The notes under the pieces: generated by a model
Database searches by the model: none
Told to the model about the DNA's origin: nothing
Seen by the model: the letters and a program-made list of their open reading frames with translations, nothing else
In this document: piece after piece, positions 30,801-40,272 of the stretch
Layout: each line of letters starts with the position of its first letter
Position numbering within the stretch: the first letter of the stretch is position 1
DNA from: an uncultured virus (IMG/VR IMGVR_UViG_3300017724_000001)
Taxonomy: Duplodnaviria > Heunggongvirae > Uroviricota > Caudoviricetes > Crassvirales
IMG/VR virus record: IMGVR_UViG_3300017724_000001
DNA: 64,000 bases
Direction: 5' to 3' (one strand)
Position numbers and translations under genes: made by a program

Positions 30801-31145
30801 ATGGCAACATTAACTGCACAAAGAATAACACAGCAGGGGTTAAAGCCTGCAACAGTAACACCAGCATTAGCAGGTGATAAATTAGCTAATACAGGAACAC
30901 AGTTTTTTCATTTAGAAAATGATAGCAGTGTATCAGTAACTGCTACTGTAGTACCAGTGGTAACAACAGTAATAGACCCTTCATTAGGTAAATTAGTTAA
31001 AGAAAACGCTGTTATAACTTTAGCAGCTGGTGAAGAGGGTTTTTTAGGCCCTTTTGAAATTGATGCATTTAATGATGCTGACGGAAATATAACAATAACA
31101 TGTACGGTACAGGCAGATATTAAACTGTCTGCTCTGTATCTATAA
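30801..31145 (+). CDS. Small beta-rich putative virion structural protein
   Basis: 114 aa, Thr/Val/Ala-rich, located just before the fibre gene. Confidence 0.55.
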   Translation: MATLTAQRITQQGLKPATVTPALAGDKLANTGTQFFHLENDSSVSVTATVVPVVTTVIDPSLGKLVKENAVITLAAGEEGFLGPFEIDAFNDADGNITITCTVQADIKLSALYL

Positions 31146-31156
31146 ATAAAAAAAAA

Positions 31157-33769
31157 ATGAGCGTATTTATACAAGAGGTTTTAAACCTACTGCAAAGAAA
31201 CAAAGACAAAAAAACTCTTAATCTAAAAACAGACTGGTTTGAATTTGGAAGAAAGCAAAACAGTACATTAAATACTGGGACATCTTACTCTCCAAAGATG
31301 GAGCCTTTTGTAATAAAGGGTCAAGATTTAGTATGTGAAATAACTAAAGGGTTAACTAGAACTGTAGATGGATCAGGAAATATAGGTTATGTACCTGTTT
31401 ATACTGAGACAGATGGAGTATGTAGTTTAAAAGCATTAAAGGATAGCATTATGACTCAAGATCCTGCTAACACAATAATTTCTGTTAGTGGCAATTTTCT
31501 TGTTAAAAAAGACACAGAATTAGCAGGTAATGTTAGTTTAGGTTTTTCTGATCCAGCAAATAAGATATGGTTGGCATCAAAAGTTTTAGACTTTAATCAA
31601 TCAGAAGGAACACCTGGTCAAGTCCTTATTGCTCAACCAGATGGTACTGTAGTTTGGAAAGACAATGCAAGCGAATGTAAATGGCTTGTAGGAGGAGAAG
31701 GTGGATTTACTGTTGATTGTGACGCTACTGTGTTCTTTATTGGTGGTGATAAAATAACAACCTCTGGTAATAGTACAGATAGTGTAACATTTAATCATGA
31801 TAAACAAGTAGTAGACATTGTTAATGAAAATGTTGATCCGAGTTATGGAGATAGTTTTGACGCTATTTCAGTTGTTAAAGTAGATGATTGGGGTCACGTA
31901 ACACAAGTAACTACAAGTAAGGTAACCTTGCCTGCAGAAACCACTTATGGTTTAAAGGGAGAAGTATCAGGTACAACAAATTATGCTATAAATTTAGTAG
32001 ATTCAAATAATGTAGTTGCAGGTAAAGTATTGCTAGAAGCAGGTACTGGAATTGATTTGATTGATGCTGGTAATGATACAGTTACAATAAAAGCATCTGG
32101 AACAAATAGTCCAGTAATGACATCTACAATTACTGGAACAGGTAAACTGTGGAGTGATGTTGTACAAGCACAACCAGCAGCTCTTGTATCAGATGCAGAT
32201 CAAAGAACATACGGAATTCAATTTAATGATGCAAAACAACTTGTTGTTAATGTACCATGGGTTGAAGGATCAGGTTCTGTAGTAGTTGGTAACCCAGGTA
32301 ATCCTACAGTAGATTTAACTTCTATAGAAATAGATGGTACTGTTTATGGTATTGCATCAGGTGGTGGAGGTACTGTAACCAGTGTTGGTTTAAGTACAGA
32401 TATTGCAGCTTTCCAAGTTGGAAACTCTCCAATCACATCAAATGGTACAATAGAATTAAATCTTTCAGGAGGAACTGCAGGTCAATTCTTAAGACAAGAT
32501 GGTAATTGGGCAACAATCCCAGGAGGTAATGTAGGAACAGTAACTAGTATTTCAACTGAAGTAACTCCAGTTGTAGCAAATTCAATTGATTTTACTGTAA
32601 CTGATCCGTCAACAACGCCTAAGTTAACTATAGACTTTAAAGGAGTAGCTGGACAGTATATAAATGGAGAAGGTGAATTAGAAACATTCCCTACTATCCC
32701 ACCGGCATCAGAAGATGTTAAGTTCAAAATTGATGCAGCAGATACTGTAGCAGGATATTGGAGTGATAAAATAACAATAGGTTCAGGTTTATCAGGTTCA
32801 GTTAATACAGATCCAAGTGGTGAAAAAACACTAACAATAAGTGCAATATCAACTAATGTTGTAAATAGCATTAAAGTAGGTAATACTACTGAGTCTGGAT
32901 TGTTTGAGTTTACAGGACCAGGTGTTACTATGGATAACAATGTTAGCCCTACTGTAATTAATTTTGCTCAATCAAGTTCAGGTATTGAGTCATTAAGTAC
33001 ATCATGGCCAAGCGGTGCAGATGTAGCAATGACTTTAACAGAAGTTAACTTAAATGGTCCAGATACACAACTTAATTGGAACGTTCAAGGTACTACATCA
33101 CAATATATAGATGGTACTTTTAAACTACAGACATTCCCAACAATACCGGCAGAGTACAGTGGTTGGAAGCTTGGTGGTGATTTAGGAACTTCTGAAGACA
33201 TTACAACAGGTAATACGGCAAAAATTGCCGGTGGTGTTGGTTTAACAACTACAGTATCTGCAACAGATACATTAACAGTTGACTTAGATAACACTGCTGT
33301 AACTGCAGGAAATTACACAAATGCTGATATTACAGTAAATGCCCAAGGTCAGATTACTGCAGCTAGCAATGGATCAGGCGGTGGCTCTTTGCCTTATACA
33401 ACATATGTTGCAACATGGACTCATCCAAAAGGTGCTCCTATAACACTAACTGAGTTAGAAAATACAACAGGTTGTGAAGTTACTTGTTCTCTATCAAAAG
33501 TTGGTCAGTATGACTTTACTATTCATGCACCAGGTGATCCTGCAACTGCTTGTGATGGTACACGTAATAAAAGTATATGGTGTTTAGTAGGCGGTAGATC
33601 TCCAATAGTAGAAGGGGTTGAGCCTGCAGAATTATATTTTAGACAAGTACCTTTAACTGTAGGACCACAGAAAGTTGAGATTGATTTTCTAGATGAAGGT
33701 AATACGCCAAGTACAAAAGGTCTACTTCAAGGTAATATTGAAATTAGATTTTATGTAAATAGCAAATAA
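31157..33769 (+). CDS. Tail fibre / receptor-binding-like protein (870 aa)
   Basis: Gly/Thr/Ser-rich with fibre repeats (GTVTSV, QFLRQDGNW, YINGEGELETFPTIP / YIDGTFKLQTFPTIP, VTAGNYTNADITVNAQGQITAASNG). Confidence 0.8.
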   Translation: MSVFIQEVLNLLQRNKDKKTLNLKTDWFEFGRKQNSTLNTGTSYSPKMEPFVIKGQDLVCEITKGLTRTVDGSGNIGYVPVYTETDGVCSLKALKDSIMTQDPANTIISVSGNFLVKKDTELAGNVSLGFSDPANKIWLASKVLDFNQSEGTPGQVLIAQPDGTVVWKDNASECKWLVGGEGGFTVDCDATVFFIGGDKITTSGNSTDSVTFNHDKQVVDIVNENVDPSYGDSFDAISVVKVDDWGHVTQVTTSKVTLPAETTYGLKGEVSGTTNYAINLVDSNNVVAGKVLLEAGTGIDLIDAGNDTVTIKASGTNSPVMTSTITGTGKLWSDVVQAQPAALVSDADQRTYGIQFNDAKQLVVNVPWVEGSGSVVVGNPGNPTVDLTSIEIDGTVYGIASGGGGTVTSVGLSTDIAAFQVGNSPITSNGTIELNLSGGTAGQFLRQDGNWATIPGGNVGTVTSISTEVTPVVANSIDFTVTDPSTTPKLTIDFKGVAGQYINGEGELETFPTIPPASEDVKFKIDAADTVAGYWSDKITIGSGLSGSVNTDPSGEKTLTISAISTNVVNSIKVGNTTESGLFEFTGPGVTMDNNVSPTVINFAQSSSGIESLSTSWPSGADVAMTLTEVNLNGPDTQLNWNVQGTTSQYIDGTFKLQTFPTIPAEYSGWKLGGDLGTSEDITTGNTAKIAGGVGLTTTVSATDTLTVDLDNTAVTAGNYTNADITVNAQGQITAASNGSGGGSLPYTTYVATWTHPKGAPITLTELENTTGCEVTCSLSKVGQYDFTIHAPGDPATACDGTRNKSIWCLVGGRSPIVEGVEPAELYFRQVPLTVGPQKVEIDFLDEGNTPSTKGLLQGNIEIRFYVNSK

Positions 33770-33787
33770 TTAGTAATATTTTAGAAT

Positions 33788-33815
33788 AAAGCCCGGTTAA
33801 TTCCGGGCTTTTTTT
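33788..33815. terminator. Bidirectional intrinsic terminator between convergent modules
   Basis: AAAGCCCGG-TTAATT-CCGGGCTTT followed by a T run, at the point where + and - gene blocks converge. Confidence 0.85.
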
Positions 33816-34128
33816 ATTCTTTAGTTTCTTCTAGTTCTTTTTGTAAACATGCAAGAGCACGCCAAGCAACCTTTGCGGTGTGACGAATCCCATCATCATC
33901 AATTGTACCTGCATCAATTAAGTGTCTAGCTAATGCATCATAATCATCATTAGACTTATTACGATCCCAATGAAGAGGTTTATCAGGATGATGTTGTTTG
34001 TTTCCCTGTAAGGATACACGAGCTATTTCCATAATAGCATCCGGGAAGTATCTAAGTACACCAGTAAATACTGGTCTTTCTTTTCTTTTTTCAGCTTTGT
34101 CCATAAATAGCCATTCTTTTTTAATCAT
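33814..34128 (-). CDS. DUF5664-like dATP/dGTP diphosphohydrolase-domain protein
   Basis: FPDAIMEIARVSLQGNKQH...W...DALARHL...HTAKVAWRALA fits this family. Confidence 0.75.
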   Translation of the reverse strand: MIKKEWLFMDKAEKRKERPVFTGVLRYFPDAIMEIARVSLQGNKQHHPDKPLHWDRNKSNDDYDALARHLIDAGTIDDDGIRHTAKVAWRALACLQKELEETKE

Positions 34129-34328
34129 TTCTTTTTTCTTTTTCTTCTTTCAGCCATAACGTCTTCAATCTTTCTAACTTCATATGCTCCACAAGGACCA
34201 TCAGAAGCACGAGAGGTTGCTTTCCTATTTGTTCTTTGCCAATTATATGTTTGACTATCTTCATCACAGGGTATAAATTTAATACCAAGTTTGGAGTATT
34301 TTTCTATTCTTTTATCTTTTTTTTTCAT
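34125..34328 (-). CDS. Small basic hypothetical protein
   Basis: ORF track; ATGA overlaps. Confidence 0.5.
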   Translation of the reverse strand: MKKKDKRIEKYSKLGIKFIPCDEDSQTYNWQRTNRKATSRASDGPCGAYEVRKIEDVMAERRKRKKK

Positions 34329-34516
34329 TTGTCTTTATTTTTACGATAGTCTATTATAAAACCAACAGCTACGAGAATGTTCAATCCTAAGCTAGCTATG
34401 ATTTCATGCAAGTCTTTATATGTGTTTACGCTTAAATGTACGTGTCCGATCACCCAGAATGGTATAGCCATCTGTTGACTGTACCATATCAAAGCAAATT
34501 CTAGAAATTTCTTCAT
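34325..34516 (-). CDS. Small membrane protein
   Basis: 63 aa with two hydrophobic segments. Confidence 0.55.
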   Translation of the reverse strand: MKKFLEFALIWYSQQMAIPFWVIGHVHLSVNTYKDLHEIIASLGLNILVAVGFIIDYRKNKDK

Positions 34517-34666
34517 GTGTTATTCTTTTGTAAAGGGAGTAAATAAGGAGCCAGAGCCCAAGAATGCAAAAACTCAGGCCCCGGTTGGTTATCTCCTATT
34601 TATTCATTTTGTTTTGACTACTAATGTATAAAAAGAGTATAGCTAATATGAGTGCAACAATTAGCT

Positions 34667-35548
34667 TCACTGATCTAGAAATACATTTTCAATTAGTTGT
34701 GTGTCAGTAACATCTTCATCAACTTCTACCACTTCTTCTACTGATTCTGACATTACAATAACTTTATCAGATAATAAAGCTTCTTTTTTTATGGTTGGCT
34801 TAGATGTATTTAAACATTCTGCAACAATAAAGTCATGAAAATTTTGACTGTCTTGCAACCAGTAGCGTGGATGTGCTTTCTTTAATGCATGTGTAACATG
34901 ATTATAAAAAGTCCAGCAGGATTCAGCATCAGTACCATAGTGAAATGATGGTTTAGCTAGCTCAGCCTTAATAATAGATGTTTGTTGAGAATCTATAAGT
35001 TCTTCCTGTACAAACATTCTACCTACTAATTCAGCTTGTTGTCTTTCAGTAAGAATAACATTCTTCATAGCGTCTCTATCTTTGATGATACGTTTATAAT
35101 ACTTCTCAGCATTTTTAACTTGATCAGCTATATTTATAGAGCAATCCAAATTTGCCGTCCCAGTATGTTTTCTTTTGAAATTCATCATATCTCCAGCAAC
35201 CATACCGTTATAACAAACCTTAACATAGGCCCCAATAGCACATTGGAATCTAACAAGTTTATTATATGAATTAGTCCAGGCAAACATCATCCCTAATTCA
35301 GTTTCATTAATGATATCTTCATCAACGCTTCTACTAGGGTAAATATGATAAATACCTTGTGCAATTGTAGCATTAGTATTTGCTCTGTATATTTCCCTTT
35401 GAACTGTGAACCCACTCTTCTTGAGTAAAGTTAACGTATTGTCAATCACCTCTTTGTGTGTAACAACTGTGTATGTCTTACCATGATTAGGTAAGGGTGC
35501 ATTCTCTAAATAAGACCTTGTGGTCTCTGTTGGTTTTTTATGTCCCAT
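34667..35548 (-). CDS. DUF932/DUF945-like phage protein
   Basis: NSYNKLVRF...GAYVKVCYNGMV...KRKHT and WTFYNHVT motifs. Confidence 0.7.
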   Translation of the reverse strand: MGHKKPTETTRSYLENAPLPNHGKTYTVVTHKEVIDNTLTLLKKSGFTVQREIYRANTNATIAQGIYHIYPSRSVDEDIINETELGMMFAWTNSYNKLVRFQCAIGAYVKVCYNGMVAGDMMNFKRKHTGTANLDCSINIADQVKNAEKYYKRIIKDRDAMKNVILTERQQAELVGRMFVQEELIDSQQTSIIKAELAKPSFHYGTDAESCWTFYNHVTHALKKAHPRYWLQDSQNFHDFIVAECLNTSKPTIKKEALLSDKVIVMSESVEEVVEVDEDVTDTQLIENVFLDQ

Positions 35549-35599
35549 AATATTAAACTTTTAAAGTGTAAATATAATAAATTAATCTGACACAGCAAA

Positions 35600-36433
35600 T
35601 TAAAATATATATCTTATTGTATTTAAAGGAAAATATTTACTGTATATCTCTTTAAACTCTCTTAATAACCGGCCTTTATGCATCAGAGGATATCTCATGA
35701 CACCGCTTTGATTCTTTACTTCTGAACTATACTTCATCATGTCCTGAGCTTCTGGTGATGCCTTGGCCATTTGATTAGTATGATTAGTAAGTGCAATAAC
35801 TTCACATTTATTTATGCCTGCCTGTTCTTTTACCTGTGCAAAAAGTTTATCATACTCTTCTTTCCAACCGGGATAAAAGACTAAAGGGCTATAATTAAGA
35901 TGAACTTGCCAGCCTAAATCTTTTAGACGGTTAATGTCATGTATTCGGCTCTCAATACTTGACATCTTAGGTTCTAAAACCGTAGAGTAAGCTTGAGGCA
36001 TAAGACTTACACGTACTCTTGGAGGCTTGTTGAACTTTTTTACGTCAAGCTTCAACAACCCCGGATACTTAGTGGCCATAGTGCTATTAAGCTGAGGATG
36101 ATCATCATAACGTTTAAGGTAATCAATTAAAGGTTCAGGCATATGTTTTTGCATTAGAACTAAATCTGAATTGCATGCTACATCTACCATAGTATATATA
36201 GGGTCTTGTTGATCAGGTTCTTTATAGTAAGATTTTTCCCAATTAACTACAGACTGGAAGATCTGGTCAACGTTTTCATTAACAAAGACTCTTTTGCCAT
36301 TATATCTAGACATATAACAATAGGTATCTACACAGCCGCCAAAACATCCGTAGATAATATTGGGAGCTATGCAGTTAGCACTATTGTTATTTGGTTTAGT
36401 TACAAGGGTCTTAGTTCTTTGTACCTTAATCAT
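35600..36433 (-). CDS. Spore photoproduct lyase-like radical SAM protein
   Basis: GCFGGCVDTYCYM cluster motif plus VACNSDL, ATKY, RVRVSLMP and VHLNYSP, which follow the SPL-family motif order. Confidence 0.8.
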   Translation of the reverse strand: MIKVQRTKTLVTKPNNNSANCIAPNIIYGCFGGCVDTYCYMSRYNGKRVFVNENVDQIFQSVVNWEKSYYKEPDQQDPIYTMVDVACNSDLVLMQKHMPEPLIDYLKRYDDHPQLNSTMATKYPGLLKLDVKKFNKPPRVRVSLMPQAYSTVLEPKMSSIESRIHDINRLKDLGWQVHLNYSPLVFYPGWKEEYDKLFAQVKEQAGINKCEVIALTNHTNQMAKASPEAQDMMKYSSEVKNQSGVMRYPLMHKGRLLREFKEIYSKYFPLNTIRYIF

Positions 36434-36770
36434 TCTTTATGTAAGCTGACTCAGTACCAGATATAATATCTATATCTTTTACAAACTGACCGTTAACCAT
36501 TTTACCGGTACGTTTAGAAATTACATTATAAGCTGACTTAAGACAATACTCTAAAGATACATTTTGCATCTTAGCCTGAATAATCAGGGTGACCATAATA
36601 TCACCCATAGCATCAATGATCTCTTCACGGTCATCAGCATTGATAGCCGTGCAGAGCTCAGTTGTTTCTTCTAATGTCTTTAAAGCTTGGGCCATTGGCG
36701 TTGCTTTTTCTAAAATACCTTTTTCTTCTGCCCAGCTTTCAACTGCACATTCTAATTCAAAATAATCCAT
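36426..36770 (-). CDS. MazG-like nucleotide pyrophosphohydrolase
   Basis: WAEEKGI...KTLEETTEL...DAMGDIMVTL...AYNVISKRTGKMVNGQFVK. Confidence 0.85.
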   Translation of the reverse strand: MDYFELECAVESWAEEKGILEKATPMAQALKTLEETTELCTAINADDREEIIDAMGDIMVTLIIQAKMQNVSLEYCLKSAYNVISKRTGKMVNGQFVKDIDIISGTESAYIKND

Positions 36771-36774
36771 ATGT

Positions 36775-38766
36775 TTAAAATAATTTTAATTGATTTGTTT
36801 TTACAGAGAGTATACTATTTATCTCAGATTCAATAGCTTGAAGATAATATAACTTATCTATATTATAATCAGACCATTTAGGTTTAACTTCCATCTTGTT
36901 AAAGACTGTTTGCAACCATCTACCTGATTCTAACTGTATCTCACGCCCATCATTCTTGTTGACTTTAATAATCTTTACACCTTCTTTAGATATAAAATAT
37001 CTATTGATTTTCTGCAATGGCTCTTCATTATAGGCACCGTTTAATATACTGCGGGCTACTTGTTGCCAATCACCTTTGGATTTACCACCTATACAGTAGT
37101 CAAGAATATTTTTATTCTCTTCTAAATAATCTTCTGGCAGCACATCATTAACAAAGTATTGATATATGGCCTTTGGGATCACTAGCTTAGACTTATTCTT
37201 ATGTAATTGCAGATTATGAAAGTCAAATCTACCCTTAAGCTTAACAGGTGCAAAGCTAAATTTATCATTCTCAACCTTAAATAGGTAATGAGGCTGACTT
37301 TGTTTAACTTCTCTCCACTTAGTAATGTCAACGTTTACAAAGTTGTTTACACCAATGTAATTATTTACATCAGATAAAACAAGCTTTTGATATTCATCAT
37401 GTTCTAAGTTTAAACTTGTAGTATTTTCCCATTCTTCACATATTTGCATATATAAATCATAGTGCTCCCTAGGTATAATAGTTTCTACACCATCTGTGTT
37501 TTGTAATAAAGCAACAGCACCCGGTATACGCTCCATTATTTGTTCATACAACATCATCAACGTTAGTTGACCGTTAATTGTAATTCTCATACACAACTCA
37601 GGGTCATAAAAGAAGCTGTTTACATCATTACTAAGACCAAAAGTAGAATTAAGTATAATCTTGTATACATAATTCATTGGATTGCTCTTAGGTATCTTCT
37701 TACGCTCCTCAAAGAACCACTCATACTGATCACAAAACTGGTCAACTGGAAAATGTGCAGGAGACCACTTGTTTTTAATAGCTAGATTAGGATAAAAACT
37801 AGTTACATCCGAAGACATAATGATCATATCATCTGAGCTTTCATAAACTCCTTTAGCAGCAGCACCGTGTGCACCTCCTAAACCAAAGTGAGTCTTCACA
37901 TCTTTGTAATTAATATGATATTTAAAACTACCTTTTAATCTTGTTGCATCTATCTCAAGAGATTTAAACCTATCATGTAATGTTTTAAACTCAGGAGATG
38001 TAAACGAGATGTATGGTAATATAATATCATCAACTTTAATTACAGTTCTATGAGTTCTCATTTGTTTTAGGTCCCTCTTTTGTATATTAAGTTTTTCTGA
38101 TAAATAAAATCCAAAAAGTTCTTTACTAATACGGGGCTCAGAAGCACTAAACAGATTAATGTTATAAGTCTGGGTCAGTTCTTTTCTTAAACCAACCTGT
38201 GACTTAGATCTATTATAAATTTCTTTAGTAGATCTTACATCATTAATACAATATTCAAGTATAGTATCTATTTCTTCTTGTTTAGTTATCTCTGTCTCAT
38301 GATGAATAGGCATGTCAAGGATGTTTTCCCAATCCATGCTATACTGAATCCACTTAAGACTTGAACGCTTGGCTGGATTATCCCAATGATGAAGTTTAAA
38401 TATGTCTATTTGACCAATTATCATCTTCCATTGTGGGTAATCACTGAATTCTTTATTGTTAGATTTCTGAATACAACGTTGGGCATATCTATAAATAATA
38501 CTAGCAATCTCACAACCACTAAGATCTGACCAATCTTTATGGTTATCTATTATATAGTGAGTGACTTGAGCATCAAAGGCCAATCCATTATAGGATATAT
38601 GCCACTCTTTATTATTAAAGTTTTCTTTTAGGAAACTAATGAACTCATCTAAATCATTACGCAGGTCATGAATAACAAAGACTTTTGTTTCTGTAGTCTT
38701 ATAATGTTCAAATACCCCGGTGAAACAATTAGATAAAGTCTCATAGTCCATTACCCAATGCTTCAT
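36775..38766 (-). CDS. Family B DNA polymerase with 3'-5' exonuclease domain
   Basis: Exonuclease motifs DYE, YNGLAFD and YCINDV; polymerase motifs SDVTSFYP, KIILNSTFG and NTDG. Confidence 0.9.
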   Translation of the reverse strand: MKHWVMDYETLSNCFTGVFEHYKTTETKVFVIHDLRNDLDEFISFLKENFNNKEWHISYNGLAFDAQVTHYIIDNHKDWSDLSGCEIASIIYRYAQRCIQKSNNKEFSDYPQWKMIIGQIDIFKLHHWDNPAKRSSLKWIQYSMDWENILDMPIHHETEITKQEEIDTILEYCINDVRSTKEIYNRSKSQVGLRKELTQTYNINLFSASEPRISKELFGFYLSEKLNIQKRDLKQMRTHRTVIKVDDIILPYISFTSPEFKTLHDRFKSLEIDATRLKGSFKYHINYKDVKTHFGLGGAHGAAAKGVYESSDDMIIMSSDVTSFYPNLAIKNKWSPAHFPVDQFCDQYEWFFEERKKIPKSNPMNYVYKIILNSTFGLSNDVNSFFYDPELCMRITINGQLTLMMLYEQIMERIPGAVALLQNTDGVETIIPREHYDLYMQICEEWENTTSLNLEHDEYQKLVLSDVNNYIGVNNFVNVDITKWREVKQSQPHYLFKVENDKFSFAPVKLKGRFDFHNLQLHKNKSKLVIPKAIYQYFVNDVLPEDYLEENKNILDYCIGGKSKGDWQQVARSILNGAYNEEPLQKINRYFISKEGVKIIKVNKNDGREIQLESGRWLQTVFNKMEVKPKWSDYNIDKLYYLQAIESEINSILSVKTNQLKLF

Positions 38767-38945
38767 TCTTTTCTATTTTTAAGTTTATCTTTAAATTTAT
38801 GTAAAGTTCTTGATGTAATACCTAAAGCTCTAGCTGCTTCTTCTACTGTTTTATGTTTTTTGAGAGCTAATACCATCAGCCTTTCTCTCATTTGAATTAG
38901 TGTTTCCATCATTATAGTTTTTAAGTGCAACCTCTCTAGCTTCAT
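38763..38945 (-). CDS. Fis-like helix-turn-helix protein
   Basis: LALKKHKTVEEAARALGITSRTLHK. The likely start is the internal MMETL. Confidence 0.65.
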   Translation of the reverse strand: MKLERLHLKTIMMETLIQMRERLMVLALKKHKTVEEAARALGITSRTLHKFKDKLKNRKE

Positions 38946-39183
38946 AAATTAACTCCATAATACCATCATAAATACTTTCAATAGCTTCTGAAGAACCTTC
39001 ACGTTCTAGTTGTTTATCAATCTCCCTTTCATACAATTTAACAGTTTTAATTACATGTTTAATTCTCTGTTTAACTTGTTGGGTATGTATATACTGTAGA
39101 TTATGTGCTAGTTCTCCCATACACTTAGTCATAGCAAATAGGATGTTTACATCCATTATTTCTTGTTGTGTTAATTTAGCCAT
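38851..39183 (-). CDS. Hypothetical helical protein
   Basis: ORF track, 110 aa. Confidence 0.55.
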   Translation of the reverse strand: MAKLTQQEIMDVNILFAMTKCMGELAHNLQYIHTQQVKQRIKHVIKTVKLYEREIDKQLEREGSSEAIESIYDGIMELIYEAREVALKNYNDGNTNSNERKADGISSQKT

Positions 39184-39201
39184 TTAAAATTTATTAGAGC
39201 C

Positions 39202-39229
39202 AAAAAAACCCCAATTCAATGAGGTTTTT
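39202..39229 (-). terminator. Putative intrinsic terminator
   Basis: Minus strand AAAAACCTCA-TTGAAT-TGGGGTTTTTTT, downstream of 39266..39685. Confidence 0.55.
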
Positions 39230-39265
39230 CTGTACCGGATTATAGAGTTGGATAGTATGGGAATT

Positions 39266-39685
39266 CTATTGACCCGGAAGAATAATTTTAGATGGTTCTG
39301 TTTTTTGTAAATCAACAAAAAATTCTTCAATATTAAAATTATCTGCATTTACTGCAAACATATGAATAAATGTTTCTATATCAGATCTATCACTTAGATA
39401 AAACTCAGAAAATGTATCTACTAATCTTCTTTCTTCTTTTACAGTTTTTCCTGTCTGTTGATTAGGTGTTTTTAATCTTATTGGTTGACCGTTGTCATCC
39501 AATTTAGGTACCATGTGGTAAGATTGTTTCATCACTTTACTGATGACAGCTAAAATGCCTGACGTTGGGTCAAACATAGCTTCTACATATGGTGAGTCTT
39601 GACTCACTGGGATTAAAGTAAATGATTTAGCATTTCTAAAACTAGAATTTACTAACATCATATTTTGTCCTATTTGGTTTGCCAT
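39266..39685 (-). CDS. Hypothetical phage protein
   Basis: ORF track. A TATATTTG element lies upstream at 39705-39712. Confidence 0.6.
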   Translation of the reverse strand: MANQIGQNMMLVNSSFRNAKSFTLIPVSQDSPYVEAMFDPTSGILAVISKVMKQSYHMVPKLDDNGQPIRLKTPNQQTGKTVKEERRLVDTFSEFYLSDRSDIETFIHMFAVNADNFNIEEFFVDLQKTEPSKIILPGQ

Positions 39686-39692
39686 AATTATT

Positions 39693-40271
39693 TTATTTAT
39701 TTGTCAAATATATGGAACTATTTTTTAATAATTGGTTAATAACATGATTATTATCAATTAAAGTTTCTTTTTCAAGATCAGGAGGTGTACATACTTCATA
39801 TATATCTTCTATAGATTTAATATCTACACCAAGGCTTTCAGCATATTCATCATGCACACCTTCTGGTGTAAGAAAACCTTCAACATATGATCCAATTTTA
39901 TCTTGTGTTCCAAAGAAATCAATTATACTGATTTTACTATCTAAACTATACTGTGAATATTTTCCTTTAAGGAATTTATTGTAGTCAGATTTAAATTTAC
40001 TAAAATCAAAAATAAAGAGTTGGGTATTTTCATTTAATTCTATTACTTCTTCAAGTAGAGAATGATTTAATAAATGTGATTTAGCAAAACTATTAAACTT
40101 AGGTGTTTGTTTAGTCTTGTATTCACACAAAAACTTAAGATCATTAGTAGAATAGACATTATCCCATGCAACATACGTTTGTATTGGTACACGGGTAATG
40201 CCTTTCTTTATTTTTAGTAAAGGATAAAGAAATACTTTGCTTTTTTGAAAATATTCTAAATATACGCCCAT
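39693..40271 (-). CDS. Hypothetical protein coupled to the exonuclease gene
   Basis: ORF track, 192 aa. Confidence 0.6.
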   Translation of the reverse strand: MGVYLEYFQKSKVFLYPLLKIKKGITRVPIQTYVAWDNVYSTNDLKFLCEYKTKQTPKFNSFAKSHLLNHSLLEEVIELNENTQLFIFDFSKFKSDYNKFLKGKYSQYSLDSKISIIDFFGTQDKIGSYVEGFLTPEGVHDEYAESLGVDIKSIEDIYEVCTPPDLEKETLIDNNHVINQLLKNSSIYLTNK

Positions 40272-40272
40272 A

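Noticed and set aside
4484..38766. Inteins or group I introns in RNAP, RNR or DNA polymerase
   Set aside because: The genes are uninterrupted, RNR and PolB are of compact length, and I saw no intein splice motifs or LAGLIDADG blocks.
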